Virus record (IMG/VR): IMGVR_UViG_3300023179_004109 | Span: 1 to 55,127 of that record | Origin: a virus | Lineage: Duplodnaviria > Caudoviricetes | Reading direction: 5' to 3' (one strand) | Length of the DNA stretch: 55,127 nucleotides | Part shown: positions 19,936-28,745 of the stretch, piece by piece | Position numbering within the stretch: position 1 is the stretch's first letter | Layout of the letters: the number at the start of each line of letters is the position of its first letter | The notes under the pieces: generated by a model | The model's database searches: none | The model's input: only the letters and a program-made list of their open reading frames with translations | What the model was told of the DNA's origin: nothing | Translations under genes and position numbers: made by a program

Positions 19936-20885
19936 TGATTACAGAACCACGTTTATTCTACAAACCATTTGAATATCAAGAAGCATTTAATTTCTATAAA
20001 GACCAACATAGAGTACATTGGTTAGCTGATGAAGTTCCATTAGCATCTGATCTAAACGATTGGAAACAAAAACTAACCGAATCCGAAAAGAACTTAATCG
20101 GTAATATCTTAAAATCATTCGCTCAAACAGAAGTACACGTAAACGATTATTGGTCTACTAAAGTATCATTATGGTTTCCAAAACCAGAGATACAAGCAAT
20201 GGCTCGTGTATTTGCTGATTTTGAAAGTATACATGCTGAAGCATACGCTCGTTTAAATGAAGAATTAGGGTTAGATGACTTTGAAGCGTTTATGGAAGAC
20301 GAATCATCAAAAGCAAAAATTGATCGCTTACTAGAAGTAACAAGCGATAACATAGCAGAACAAGCATTATCACTAGCTATATTCTCAGCATTTACTGAAG
20401 GTGTAAATTTATTCTCTTCATTCGCTATATTAATGTCTTTTCAATTAAGAAACTTAATGAAAGGAACAGGACAAATAGTAGAGTGGAGTGTTAGAGATGA
20501 ATCATTACATTCAAGAGCAGGATGTTGGTTATTTAATAAGTTATTAGAAGAACAACCTGAACTTAATACATCCGAAATGAGAGATAATGTTATTGAAGCA
20601 TGTAACATATCAGTTCAATTAGAATTTGACTTCATTGATAAAGCATTTGAAATGGGTGCTGTTGAAGGATTAAATGTAGATCAATTAAAGAACTTCATTA
20701 AAGCTAGAGCAAACGAAAAAATGATCGAATTAGGTTATAATGCAATCTACAACGACATTGATCCTAATCTATTAAAACAAATGGATTGGTTCGGTCATCT
20801 AACAAGTGGTAAAACACATCAAGACTTCTTTGCGGGTCGCGTAACAAATTATTCCAAATCAGCTGCTGATTGGTCTGACCTTTAA
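19935..20885 (+). CDS. nrdB: ribonucleotide reductase class I beta subunit
   Basis: ESIHAEAY, EGVNLFSSF, RDESLH, DFFAGRVTNY. Confidence 0.95.
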   Translation: MITEPRLFYKPFEYQEAFNFYKDQHRVHWLADEVPLASDLNDWKQKLTESEKNLIGNILKSFAQTEVHVNDYWSTKVSLWFPKPEIQAMARVFADFESIHAEAYARLNEELGLDDFEAFMEDESSKAKIDRLLEVTSDNIAEQALSLAIFSAFTEGVNLFSSFAILMSFQLRNLMKGTGQIVEWSVRDESLHSRAGCWLFNKLLEEQPELNTSEMRDNVIEACNISVQLEFDFIDKAFEMGAVEGLNVDQLKNFIKARANEKMIELGYNAIYNDIDPNLLKQMDWFGHLTSGKTHQDFFAGRVTNYSKSAADWSDL

Positions 20886-20900
20886 AAATTAAAACATAAG

Positions 20901-22625
20901 ATGAGCATACAAGTAGATACCAGTACCTGGGTAAAAGGTAAAGACTTTCCAATTTGGATGGACGAAATAGCAGTAAGTATGATTTCAAAAGGGTATTTAA
21001 TGCCTGATGAAAACGTATTTGACGCCTATAAAAGAGTAAGTAAAGCAGCATCACGCAGATTAAGACGCAAAGATCTACAACCATTCTTCAACGAAGCAAT
21101 AGTAAAAAATTGGCTATGTTTAGCATCACCAGTACTATCAAATTTAGGTACTGAACGTGGAATGCCAATTTCATGTTTTGGAATTGACGTTGGTGATTCT
21201 ATTGAAGGAATTGCTGATGCAAATTCAGAATTAATGAGATTATCATCTCAAGGTGGTGGAGTGGGAATTGGAGTATCTCGTATCAGAGGTAGAGGTAAAC
21301 ATATTAGAGATAATGGCACCTCAGAAGGTGTAGTTCCATGGTGTAAAATATATGACTCAACTATCCTAGCAACCAATCAAGGTTCAGTTAGAAGAGGAGC
21401 AGCATCAGTTAATTTATCTATTAATCATCCTGACATTGAAGAATTCCTAGGAATCCGTAGACCAAAAGGTGATGTTAATCGTCAATGTTTAAACTTACAC
21501 CAATGTGTAGTAATTGATGACGCATTCATGGATAAATTAGATAATAAAGACGAACGCTCAATGCGTTTATGGGGCGAAATATTAAAAACACGTCTTGAAA
21601 CAGGTGAACCTTATATCATGTTTGAAGATAACGTTAATAAAGCTAATCCTGAAGGATATAAAAAACTAAATCTACACGTTTCAATGACAAACATATGTAG
21701 TGAGATTTCACTATACACAGATGAATTACATTCATTCATATGTTGCCTATCATCATTGAATCTAGCACGTTGGGATGAATGGAAAGGTTATAAGTTTGAA
21801 AATGGAATGACACTACCAGAACTAACATGTTGGTTTCTAGAAGGTGTACTACAAGAATTCATTGATAGGGCTAAGAATATTAAGTTCATGGAAAACACAG
21901 TTCGCTCAGCATCTAAAGGTAGAGCAATTGGAATTGGCGTTTTAGGATGGCATACATTACTACAATCAAAGAATTTACCATTTGTAGGAATACAAGCATC
22001 ATCGTTAACAAGAATCATTTCTGAGTTTATTGAGACAGAAGCATTAAAAGCATCTAGAGATCAAGCTGAACTATACGGCGAACCAGAATGGTGTAAAGGT
22101 ACTGGATTGAGACATTCACATCATTTAGCGATTGCTCCAACAGTATCAAACGCTCACATTTCAGGTGGTGTATCTCCATCAATTGAACCTATTCCTGCTA
22201 ACGTATATAATCTTAAAACCGCTAAAGGAGTATTCATCAAACGAAATAAAATACTAGAAACGTTACTAGAGAGTAAGGGATATAACATTGATAGCGTTTG
22301 GGATCAAATCTTAAAAGATCAAGGATCAGTAATCAACGTTCCTAGCTATATCCTAACAGATGAAGAAAAATCAGTATTCTTAACGTTTAAGGAAATTAAT
22401 CAATTAGAAATAGTAAAACAAAACGCTATTAGACAAGAATACATTGATCAAGCTATATCATTAAACTTATGCTTTGATCCTAATGATACACCAAAATGGA
22501 TATCTCAGGTACATAAAGAAGCACATAAAGCAGGAATTAAAACATTATACTACCTGCGTACTGAATCAGTATTAAGAGGAGATAACTTACAAAGACTATC
22601 AGAGTGTGTATCTTGTGAGGGATAG
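20901..22625 (+). CDS. nrdA: ribonucleotide reductase class I alpha subunit (short, no ATP cone evident)
   Basis: ISCF, GGGVG, RRGA, TNICSEI, CCLSSLNL, AIAPTVS, KTLYY, C-terminal CVSCEG. Confidence 0.95.
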   Translation: MSIQVDTSTWVKGKDFPIWMDEIAVSMISKGYLMPDENVFDAYKRVSKAASRRLRRKDLQPFFNEAIVKNWLCLASPVLSNLGTERGMPISCFGIDVGDSIEGIADANSELMRLSSQGGGVGIGVSRIRGRGKHIRDNGTSEGVVPWCKIYDSTILATNQGSVRRGAASVNLSINHPDIEEFLGIRRPKGDVNRQCLNLHQCVVIDDAFMDKLDNKDERSMRLWGEILKTRLETGEPYIMFEDNVNKANPEGYKKLNLHVSMTNICSEISLYTDELHSFICCLSSLNLARWDEWKGYKFENGMTLPELTCWFLEGVLQEFIDRAKNIKFMENTVRSASKGRAIGIGVLGWHTLLQSKNLPFVGIQASSLTRIISEFIETEALKASRDQAELYGEPEWCKGTGLRHSHHLAIAPTVSNAHISGGVSPSIEPIPANVYNLKTAKGVFIKRNKILETLLESKGYNIDSVWDQILKDQGSVINVPSYILTDEEKSVFLTFKEINQLEIVKQNAIRQEYIDQAISLNLCFDPNDTPKWISQVHKEAHKAGIKTLYYLRTESVLRGDNLQRLSECVSCEG

Positions 22626-22652
22626 GCAAAATAAAAATCTTATATTTACACT

Positions 22653-22814
22653 ATGGATTTAGAGCAAATAAAAATAGAAGCAGAAAAAATAAAGGAGCTA
22701 GATTTAAAATCAATACCTCCTGAAAAAGTAGATGAACTAATAGAAAAACTACTTGGAATGCTAGATACTACAGAACAACACCTATCACAACTTAAAATAG
22801 ACGATCATGAATAA
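22653..22814 (+). CDS. small hypothetical protein (53 aa), absent from the ORF track
   Basis: MDLEQIKIEAEKIKELDL...DDHE*; fills the gap after nrdA and is preceded by TATATTTA-N4. Confidence 0.6.
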   Translation: MDLEQIKIEAEKIKELDLKSIPPEKVDELIEKLLGMLDTTEQHLSQLKIDDHE

Positions 22815-23013
22815 TACATTAGAAAGTATAATACATATTTTAGGTCTATCAATGATAATAATTGCATTGTTAGGATTCCCATTAATGATCTTATGGAATT
22901 GGCTAATGCCAACAATATTTGGACTCCCTGAAATTGGGTTCTGGCAAGCAATTGGACTTAATTTACTATCAGTAATATTAATTAAACCAACAATTAAAAT
23001 AAATAAAAACTAA
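22807..23013 (+). CDS. small membrane protein
   Basis: Hydrophobic; LWNWLMPTIFGLPEIGFWQA pattern seen in small phage proteins. Confidence 0.7.
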   Translation: MNNTLESIIHILGLSMIIIALLGFPLMILWNWLMPTIFGLPEIGFWQAIGLNLLSVILIKPTIKINKN

Positions 23014-23017
23014 AGTT

Positions 23018-23686
23018 ATGAAAAAAGGTTATGCAGCACTAGTTATCTTATTACTAACACTACTTAGTTGTAGAAAAAGTAATGACCCGTATCCATTTGC
23101 AAATAGCAAACGAACTAAATTAGTAATGAATTATCCAAGAGATAACAATGGATACTACAGAGTACCAATTGATTCTTCAACTAATACAAATAGATTCGCT
23201 ATATATGCAGAAGCTGCTAAACTAATTCCATTCTACTGGTATAATAATGTATCAGTAATGTCTGTTAAATTTGATTGTAATACATACTATCTATTAGGAT
23301 CATTAAGTGATACATTAGTAGTACATATTCCATTATACAGTCCATTTAGAAGTCTATATAGTAGTCCTTACTTCACTACACCAATACCTGTTAAAAATAA
23401 AACCGTCGTATTAAGTCAATATGCAAATAGCATTGTAGAAATAGTACAAGAAACAAGCATATACCTTAAAGAATATTATTCAGGTAATTCATACAAACCA
23501 GCAGATGAATATAAACCAGAAGAGGGAATGTATTGGAGCAAACGTATCGTAGGACCTATACCAGGATACTTTAAAGGAGATACAATAACAATATACTCTC
23601 AAACAGAGTGGGATGCTGGAAATTATACTTATGAGCATCCAAATGAAACAACTAAAATAGATAGCGTAAAAATAATCTTTAAATAA
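23018..23686 (+). CDS. putative lipoprotein
   Basis: MKK + hydrophobic stretch + LLSC lipobox. Confidence 0.7.
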   Translation: MKKGYAALVILLLTLLSCRKSNDPYPFANSKRTKLVMNYPRDNNGYYRVPIDSSTNTNRFAIYAEAAKLIPFYWYNNVSVMSVKFDCNTYYLLGSLSDTLVVHIPLYSPFRSLYSSPYFTTPIPVKNKTVVLSQYANSIVEIVQETSIYLKEYYSGNSYKPADEYKPEEGMYWSKRIVGPIPGYFKGDTITIYSQTEWDAGNYTYEHPNETTKIDSVKIIFK

Positions 23687-23687
23687 T

Positions 23688-24152
23688 ATGAGTAAATTTC
23701 AATCAACAAAATTATTCGACGGATTCAGTTGTGTATTCCGTCAATGGAAAGCAGAGGGTACACATTGTCGTTTTCTCCATGGATATGGAATATCATTTAG
23801 AGTATGGTTTGAGGGTGAATTAGACGAACGCAATTGGGTTTGGGACTTTGGAGGCATGAAACGCGCTAAAGGAACTATAGATGGAATGAATCCTAAAGCA
23901 TGGATGGATTATATGTTTGATCATACAACTATAGTAGCAGAAGATGATCCAGGATTAGCTGGATTTAAAACAATGGATCAAATAGGTATAATTCAATTAA
24001 GAATAATTCCAGCAGTTGGGGCAGAACAATTTGCAAAATATATCTTTGAAAAACTAAATACGTTCATTCAAGAAGAAACAGAAGATAGAGTTAAAATAGT
24101 AAGAGTAGAATTTATGGAGCATGCTAAAAATACAGCAATATATGAAAATTAG
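23688..24152 (+). CDS. queD: 6-carboxy-5,6,7,8-tetrahydropterin synthase (QueD/PTPS family)
   Basis: HCRFLHGY, WVWDFG, FDHT, GAE.FA and VEFME motifs; Que cluster context. Confidence 0.85.
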   Translation: MSKFQSTKLFDGFSCVFRQWKAEGTHCRFLHGYGISFRVWFEGELDERNWVWDFGGMKRAKGTIDGMNPKAWMDYMFDHTTIVAEDDPGLAGFKTMDQIGIIQLRIIPAVGAEQFAKYIFEKLNTFIQEETEDRVKIVRVEFMEHAKNTAIYEN

Positions 24153-24927
24153 TCACGAGCTTCCCTTATGCTTCATGCACCACAGTACTAAATGGAATGA
24201 TTATGAATACTGTCTTCCCCATCTAGTAGATGAATATGACCAATATAGAATACATTTTCAGGTAGCTCGTATCCACAAACGTTTCATTATAATGGATAAT
24301 GGATTATTTGAAGGAGTAAAACATACACAAAAAGATCTACTATCTAAGATAAATCTAGTAAGACCAAACATATTCATAGTACCAGATGCTTGGAATGATT
24401 CAACTCAAACAATAGTAAATGCTAAAAGTTGGATGAAAAATAACAGAGCTAAAATATCAGATGAAATTGAATTAATGGCGGTATTACAAGGCGCTACATT
24501 AGCTGAACTATTAACAACATATCAAACACTAGTAGATCTAGGATATAAACATATAGCATTCAATCATTCTAGTATAGCATATCAAGATATGTATCCTAAC
24601 ATTGATCCTCTTAAAGCATCAATGTATGGCAGAATGGAATTGATTAGAAAACTAGTAGAAATGAAAACTATAGTTAAATCAAGTTATCATCATTTACTAG
24701 GATGCTCATTACCACAAGAGTTTATGGCATATAAGGACTATAAATTCATTAAATCAGTAGATACATCTAATCCTATCCTAGTAGGAGCTGAAGGTAAACG
24801 CTACACAGATAGCGGTTTAAATTGGAAACCAAAAGAAAAGCTAGAATATTACTTTGAGAAAGATTTGAGTGAGCAAAAAGAAGATATTATATTTAACGTG
24901 CAAAAATTTAAACAATTTATAAAATAA
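24142..24927 (+). CDS. dpdA: TGT-fold guanine transglycosylase-like protein, candidate DpdA
   Basis: IIMDNG, IVPD, AVLQG, HLLGC, SVDTSNP in TGT-barrel order, between queD and queC. Likely start is MKISHE at 24142 (ORF track gives 24121). Confidence 0.65.
   Translation: MKISHELPLCFMHHSTKWNDYEYCLPHLVDEYDQYRIHFQVARIHKRFIIMDNGLFEGVKHTQKDLLSKINLVRPNIFIVPDAWNDSTQTIVNAKSWMKNNRAKISDEIELMAVLQGATLAELLTTYQTLVDLGYKHIAFNHSSIAYQDMYPNIDPLKASMYGRMELIRKLVEMKTIVKSSYHHLLGCSLPQEFMAYKDYKFIKSVDTSNPILVGAEGKRYTDSGLNWKPKEKLEYYFEKDLSEQKEDIIFNVQKFKQFIK
24864..24895 (+). promoter_or_regulatory. promoter-like element TTTG-N20-TATATTTA
   Basis: Same geometry as the elements at 3034, 13355 and 34181. Confidence 0.45.
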
Positions 24928-24932
24928 AAGTT

Positions 24933-25211
24933 ATGGAAGAAATGATATCATTATTTGATTATTTAGGTTATGCAGCAGGACATGAATTAGGACAAAACGT
25001 AGCTGATTATGCTAAAATTAGAAAAGTAATAGGTGGAGTACGCTCTGTATCTAACCATAAATATAAAGGACCAGTTATGCTATATACTAGGGAATTTATA
25101 GATGAATATTTCGCAGTAGAAAAATTATTTAACGGTAAAGATTATACAGAGATTAACACCGAATTAAAAGAAGATAGTTTTAAAGTAGCAGAAACAAATA
25201 TAGTATTTTAA
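24933..25211 (+). CDS. hypothetical protein
   Basis: 92-aa ORF within the Que cluster. Confidence 0.7.
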   Translation: MEEMISLFDYLGYAAGHELGQNVADYAKIRKVIGGVRSVSNHKYKGPVMLYTREFIDEYFAVEKLFNGKDYTEINTELKEDSFKVAETNIVF

Positions 25212-25214
25212 TAA

Positions 25215-25248
25215 AGGTTTGCAACTCCATAACCTACAATACCGGAGT
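25215..25248 (+). ncRNA. candidate H-type pseudoknot in the queC leader
   Basis: AGGTT (25215-19) pairs with AACCT (25231-35); loop ACTCC (25224-28) pairs with GGAGT (25244-48); ends 20 nt before the queC ATG. Confidence 0.35.
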
Positions 25249-25268
25249 ATACAATTTAATTATTTAAA

Positions 25269-26111
25269 ATGAAAAAACAAGCAGTATTAAGCCTATCAGG
25301 TGGAATGGATTCATCTACACTATTACTTCATTTATTAGCTGAAGGTTATCAGGTAACAGCATTAGGATTTGACTACGGTCAAAAACACAAAGTAGAATTA
25401 GAGCGTGCTACATCACTAGTAAAGTATATTAATGACGTTATGTTTGAAACTAAACGAGACAATTTCATTAAACATCAAATTATTAAATTAGACGGATTAT
25501 CACAATTATTAAACTCAGCACTAGTAGAAGGTGGAAAAGATGTTCCTGAAGGTCACTACGAACAAGACAACATGAAAGAAACAGTTGTTCCTAATCGTAA
25601 TAAGATATTCAGTTCATTAATCCAAGCAGTAGCATTATCAATCGCTACTAAAGGAGAAAAACAAGAGTGTGTTATTGCAATGGGAATCCATGCTGGTGAT
25701 CATGCTATTTATCCTGATTGCAGACAAGAATTTAGAGATATTGATTTTGAAGCATTTAAAACGGGTAACTGGGATTCTGAATTAGTATCTGTTTATACTC
25801 CGTACTTGCACGAAGATAAATTCGGTATATTGCAAGATGGATTAGCAGCATGTAACAAATTAGGTCTTGAATTTGATGAAGTATATAAGCGCACAAACAC
25901 ATCTTACAAACCAATTAAATTATCAAAGGATATATGGTTATCTGATTATAAATCAGCAGCATCAGTAGAACGTGTAGAAGCATTTATTAAATTAGGTAGA
26001 CCAGATCCAGTACAATATGGTGAAGTAGTAGAAGGTGGTGGAATAAGAATAGTAAAATGGGCAGAAGTAAGAGCATCAGTAAAAGAAGTATTAGATGCAC
26101 ACAATTCGTAA
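25269..26111 (+). CDS. queC: 7-cyano-7-deazaguanine synthase (Cys-less C-terminal variant)
   Basis: LSGGMDS PP-loop, FDYGQKH, TVVPNRN, GIHAGDHAIYPDCR. Confidence 0.92.
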   Translation: MKKQAVLSLSGGMDSSTLLLHLLAEGYQVTALGFDYGQKHKVELERATSLVKYINDVMFETKRDNFIKHQIIKLDGLSQLLNSALVEGGKDVPEGHYEQDNMKETVVPNRNKIFSSLIQAVALSIATKGEKQECVIAMGIHAGDHAIYPDCRQEFRDIDFEAFKTGNWDSELVSVYTPYLHEDKFGILQDGLAACNKLGLEFDEVYKRTNTSYKPIKLSKDIWLSDYKSAASVERVEAFIKLGRPDPVQYGEVVEGGGIRIVKWAEVRASVKEVLDAHNS

Positions 26112-26132
26112 ACAAAAATCAAATATACAGTT

Positions 26133-26363
26133 ATGAGTTATCAAACAAAAGTTCGTGCTAATTACATGAACAGAACAGCAAAGTTAGCCTTCTTTAAAGC
26201 CCGTAGACGCACAGGCGACGTTACTAAAGTAGCAGAAACAGTAGGTTATTCAACTAGTCACGTATCTAATACAATTAGTGGTACTAGGAGAATTAACAAT
26301 ACAATTGCAAATGCAATGTATTCACTAACACGCAGACGCATCAAAAACAGTGAGTTAGCATAA
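26133..26363 (+). CDS. small basic helix-turn-helix DNA-binding protein
   Basis: Arg/Lys-rich; DVTKVAETVGYSTSHVSNTISG has HTH spacing. Confidence 0.65.
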   Translation: MSYQTKVRANYMNRTAKLAFFKARRRTGDVTKVAETVGYSTSHVSNTISGTRRINNTIANAMYSLTRRRIKNSELA

Positions 26364-26377
26364 GCTAATCCATACCC

Positions 26378-26417
26378 AAGATCTCAGTTGCCCCGTAAGG
26401 CAATTGGGATCTTTTTT
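26378..26417 (+). terminator. intrinsic terminator
   Basis: AAGATCTCAGTTGCC-CCGTAA-GGCAATTGGGATCTT followed by a T run. Confidence 0.75.
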
Positions 26418-26429
26418 AAACTTAACATT

Positions 26430-26555
26430 ATGATAGAATTTATAGAACATACTTTAGGATTGTGTGGAGAAAAGCATTTTAGTATTGCAGCAGTAATATT
26501 GGATTGGCAAAACTTTAGTTCTATATTAAACTATATTAAATCATTATTCAAATAA
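26430..26555 (+). CDS. small hypothetical protein (41 aa)
   Basis: MIEFIEHTLGLCGEKHF...; fills the gap after the terminator. Confidence 0.45.
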   Translation: MIEFIEHTLGLCGEKHFSIAAVILDWQNFSSILNYIKSLFK

Positions 26556-26558
26556 AAC

Positions 26559-26723
26559 ATGGAGGATAAAACTATGAAGTGTATTAAAAGTAATAAAACC
26601 GGAAACATCATCCGAGTAAGCAATCAACAAGCAGATCAAACTGTAGGCAAGGAATGGAAATTCGTATCTAAATCAGAGTGGAAAAATAAAGATAAAGCCG
26701 ATAATAATGAAACAAAAGCTTAA
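26559..26723 (+). CDS. small basic hypothetical protein (54 aa)
   Basis: MEDKTMKCIKSNKTGNIIRVS...WKFVSKSEWK; tiles between its neighbours. Confidence 0.5.
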   Translation: MEDKTMKCIKSNKTGNIIRVSNQQADQTVGKEWKFVSKSEWKNKDKADNNETKA

Positions 26724-26970
26724 AGAAGCAGCTATACTATTCTTCATACAAATATGCTCATATGGCTTATTATGTATCAATTTTAGAGCAGTAGCACAAA
26801 CACAATATCACTTAGCAGCAATGACTGACTTCGCTTTAGCTAGTATGTCGTTCTTCATTATTAGAAAGATAGCTAGAAGTGAAGATGCAGTACATCAGTG
26901 GTTAGGATATGTAGCTGGTAGTGTAACCGGTTCATATTTAGGAATTTATCTATCAACATTAATACATTAA
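26707..26970 (+). CDS. small multi-pass membrane protein
   Basis: 87 aa with three hydrophobic segments. Confidence 0.65.
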   Translation: MKQKLKEAAILFFIQICSYGLLCINFRAVAQTQYHLAAMTDFALASMSFFIIRKIARSEDAVHQWLGYVAGSVTGSYLGIYLSTLIH

Positions 26971-26971
26971 T

Positions 26972-27871
26972 ATGAGTAAAATAGAATCAAATAAGCTACT
27001 AATCAGTAGCGACTTTTATTCCGTCCAAGGAGAGGGAATAAGTACTGGAATACCATCGTACTTCGTACGTTTAGCACTATGTAATTTAACTTGTGGTATG
27101 TCTAGACCATTCACTAACAAACTATTAAAGGAATCAGCATTAGCTGATGGTGAAATATTTAAAGGTGATTTAGAATTAGAAGGTAAAGCTACTTGGACTT
27201 GTGATAGTACATCCCAGTGGTTATGGAGAGGTGAAAATAAAGATTTCCAATACCTAATTGATCAATGGAAAGAACAAGGTATATACGATGATATCTTAAG
27301 CGGTACTATTCATATTATTTGGACAGGTGGTGAACCTACAATTAAAGGACATCAAGAGGCTATCTACAACTTCACTCAGTATTGGTTTAATCAATATCCA
27401 ATAGCAGAAAGAGCTTTAGGAAAAAATAAAAATCATTTAAAATTCTATTCTAATTTTGATTATCTTTCCGAATTAAAACCATTCTATGAAATTGAAACTA
27501 ACGGTACAATTGTAATTGAACATCCGTTATTTAATATGTTAGATCAAATCAACTGCTCACCTAAGTTATCTAATTCAGGTATGACAGAAAAGCAACGGAT
27601 CAATCCAGAAGCAATAGAGCGCATTAAACAACATTCCAATTATCAATTTAAATTTGTAATCAGTAATGAAGAAGATGTTAAAGAATTATTTCGTGATTTT
27701 ATCGTACCATTTAGCATACCTCTTAAGAATGTAGTTTGTATGCCAGGTTTAGATAGTCAAACTGACTTCCATGAGCGTACTCAATTCGTATTGGAAATGG
27801 CTAAAAAATATAAATTTAGAGGATTAACAAGATTACACATCTCAGCTTGGGATAAAACATTAAACGTATAA
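26972..27871 (+). CDS. queE: 7-carboxy-7-deazaguanine synthase (radical SAM)
   Basis: FYSVQGEG, FVRLALCNLTC..CDS, TGGEP, EIETNG, CSPKL, FKFV, RLHI. Confidence 0.9.
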   Translation: MSKIESNKLLISSDFYSVQGEGISTGIPSYFVRLALCNLTCGMSRPFTNKLLKESALADGEIFKGDLELEGKATWTCDSTSQWLWRGENKDFQYLIDQWKEQGIYDDILSGTIHIIWTGGEPTIKGHQEAIYNFTQYWFNQYPIAERALGKNKNHLKFYSNFDYLSELKPFYEIETNGTIVIEHPLFNMLDQINCSPKLSNSGMTEKQRINPEAIERIKQHSNYQFKFVISNEEDVKELFRDFIVPFSIPLKNVVCMPGLDSQTDFHERTQFVLEMAKKYKFRGLTRLHISAWDKTLNV

Positions 27872-27872
27872 T

Positions 27873-28106
27873 ATGGCAAAAGATCATTGTGTCCTATGTG
27901 GAGTAGAAACTACATACGACTTTAACACTCATATCGACATGAGACACGGCTACATTGAAGGAGCAGGTCAACTATGTTCTAAATGCTACAGCAGAGGAAC
28001 CGAACACGGAGCTATAGCAGTAGACTATAACATCATTTTAGGAACTCCTAACGATCAAGAGTTGGGAGCCAAAGTAAGGGAATTATATTGGGAACGTAAA
28101 AATTAA
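27873..28106 (+). CDS. small Zn-finger protein
   Basis: CVLC ... CSKC. Confidence 0.7.
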   Translation: MAKDHCVLCGVETTYDFNTHIDMRHGYIEGAGQLCSKCYSRGTEHGAIAVDYNIILGTPNDQELGAKVRELYWERKN

Positions 28107-28110
28107 ATAA

Positions 28111-28743
28111 ATGGAATTATTAAAAAAATCAAACGGTAGTCTATCCCGTACACCAGAAGAAATAGAACAAATGATCAATAATGCTACAATAGCATATGCT
28201 AACTTCCTTACAGCAGTTGGATTTGACTATACAGCAGATAGACAAACCGAAGATACACCTCGTCGTGTAGCTAAAGCATGGCTTAAGGACCTAATTATAG
28301 GTTCAGTAACAAACGAACCAAACATCACTACATTCCCTAACGATGAAGGATATGATGGATTAGTAATTCAATCAGGTATTCCTATCACTAGTATGTGTGC
28401 ACATCACAATCTAGCATTTACTGGATTCGCTACAGTAGCATACGTTCCAGGTGAAAATGTAATCGGATTATCAAAATTAAATCGTATCGTTGAATGGTTC
28501 GCTCGCAGACCACAAATGCAAGAATCACTAACACAACAAATACATGATTATCTTGCTAGCAAGATGGACTGTAAATCAGTAGCAGTAAGCATCGCTTGTA
28601 AACATACATGCTGCTCACATAGAGGTATTAAACACGCCTCAGTAATGTCAACAAATAAATTCAGTGGAGTATTCATGGAACGAGATAATTTAATCCGTGA
28701 AGAATTACTATCAGCAATCGAAATGAACGGAACTAAATTCTAA
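28111..28743 (+). CDS. folE: GTP cyclohydrolase I
   Basis: TPRRVAKAW, SMCAHH, IGLSKLNR, RRPQMQE, HTCCSHRG. Confidence 0.95.
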   Translation: MELLKKSNGSLSRTPEEIEQMINNATIAYANFLTAVGFDYTADRQTEDTPRRVAKAWLKDLIIGSVTNEPNITTFPNDEGYDGLVIQSGIPITSMCAHHNLAFTGFATVAYVPGENVIGLSKLNRIVEWFARRPQMQESLTQQIHDYLASKMDCKSVAVSIACKHTCCSHRGIKHASVMSTNKFSGVFMERDNLIREELLSAIEMNGTKF

Positions 28744-28745
28744 TT

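Noticed and set aside
26521-26540. 10-bp tandem duplication CTATATTAAA x2
   Set aside because: Short, AT-rich and inside a small ORF; compatible with chance.
23688-28743. Host-type queuosine tRNA or folate pathway
   Set aside because: No queF, queA, queG or folate genes recognised; phage context and the divergent TGT-like gene favour DNA modification, though this is not proven.
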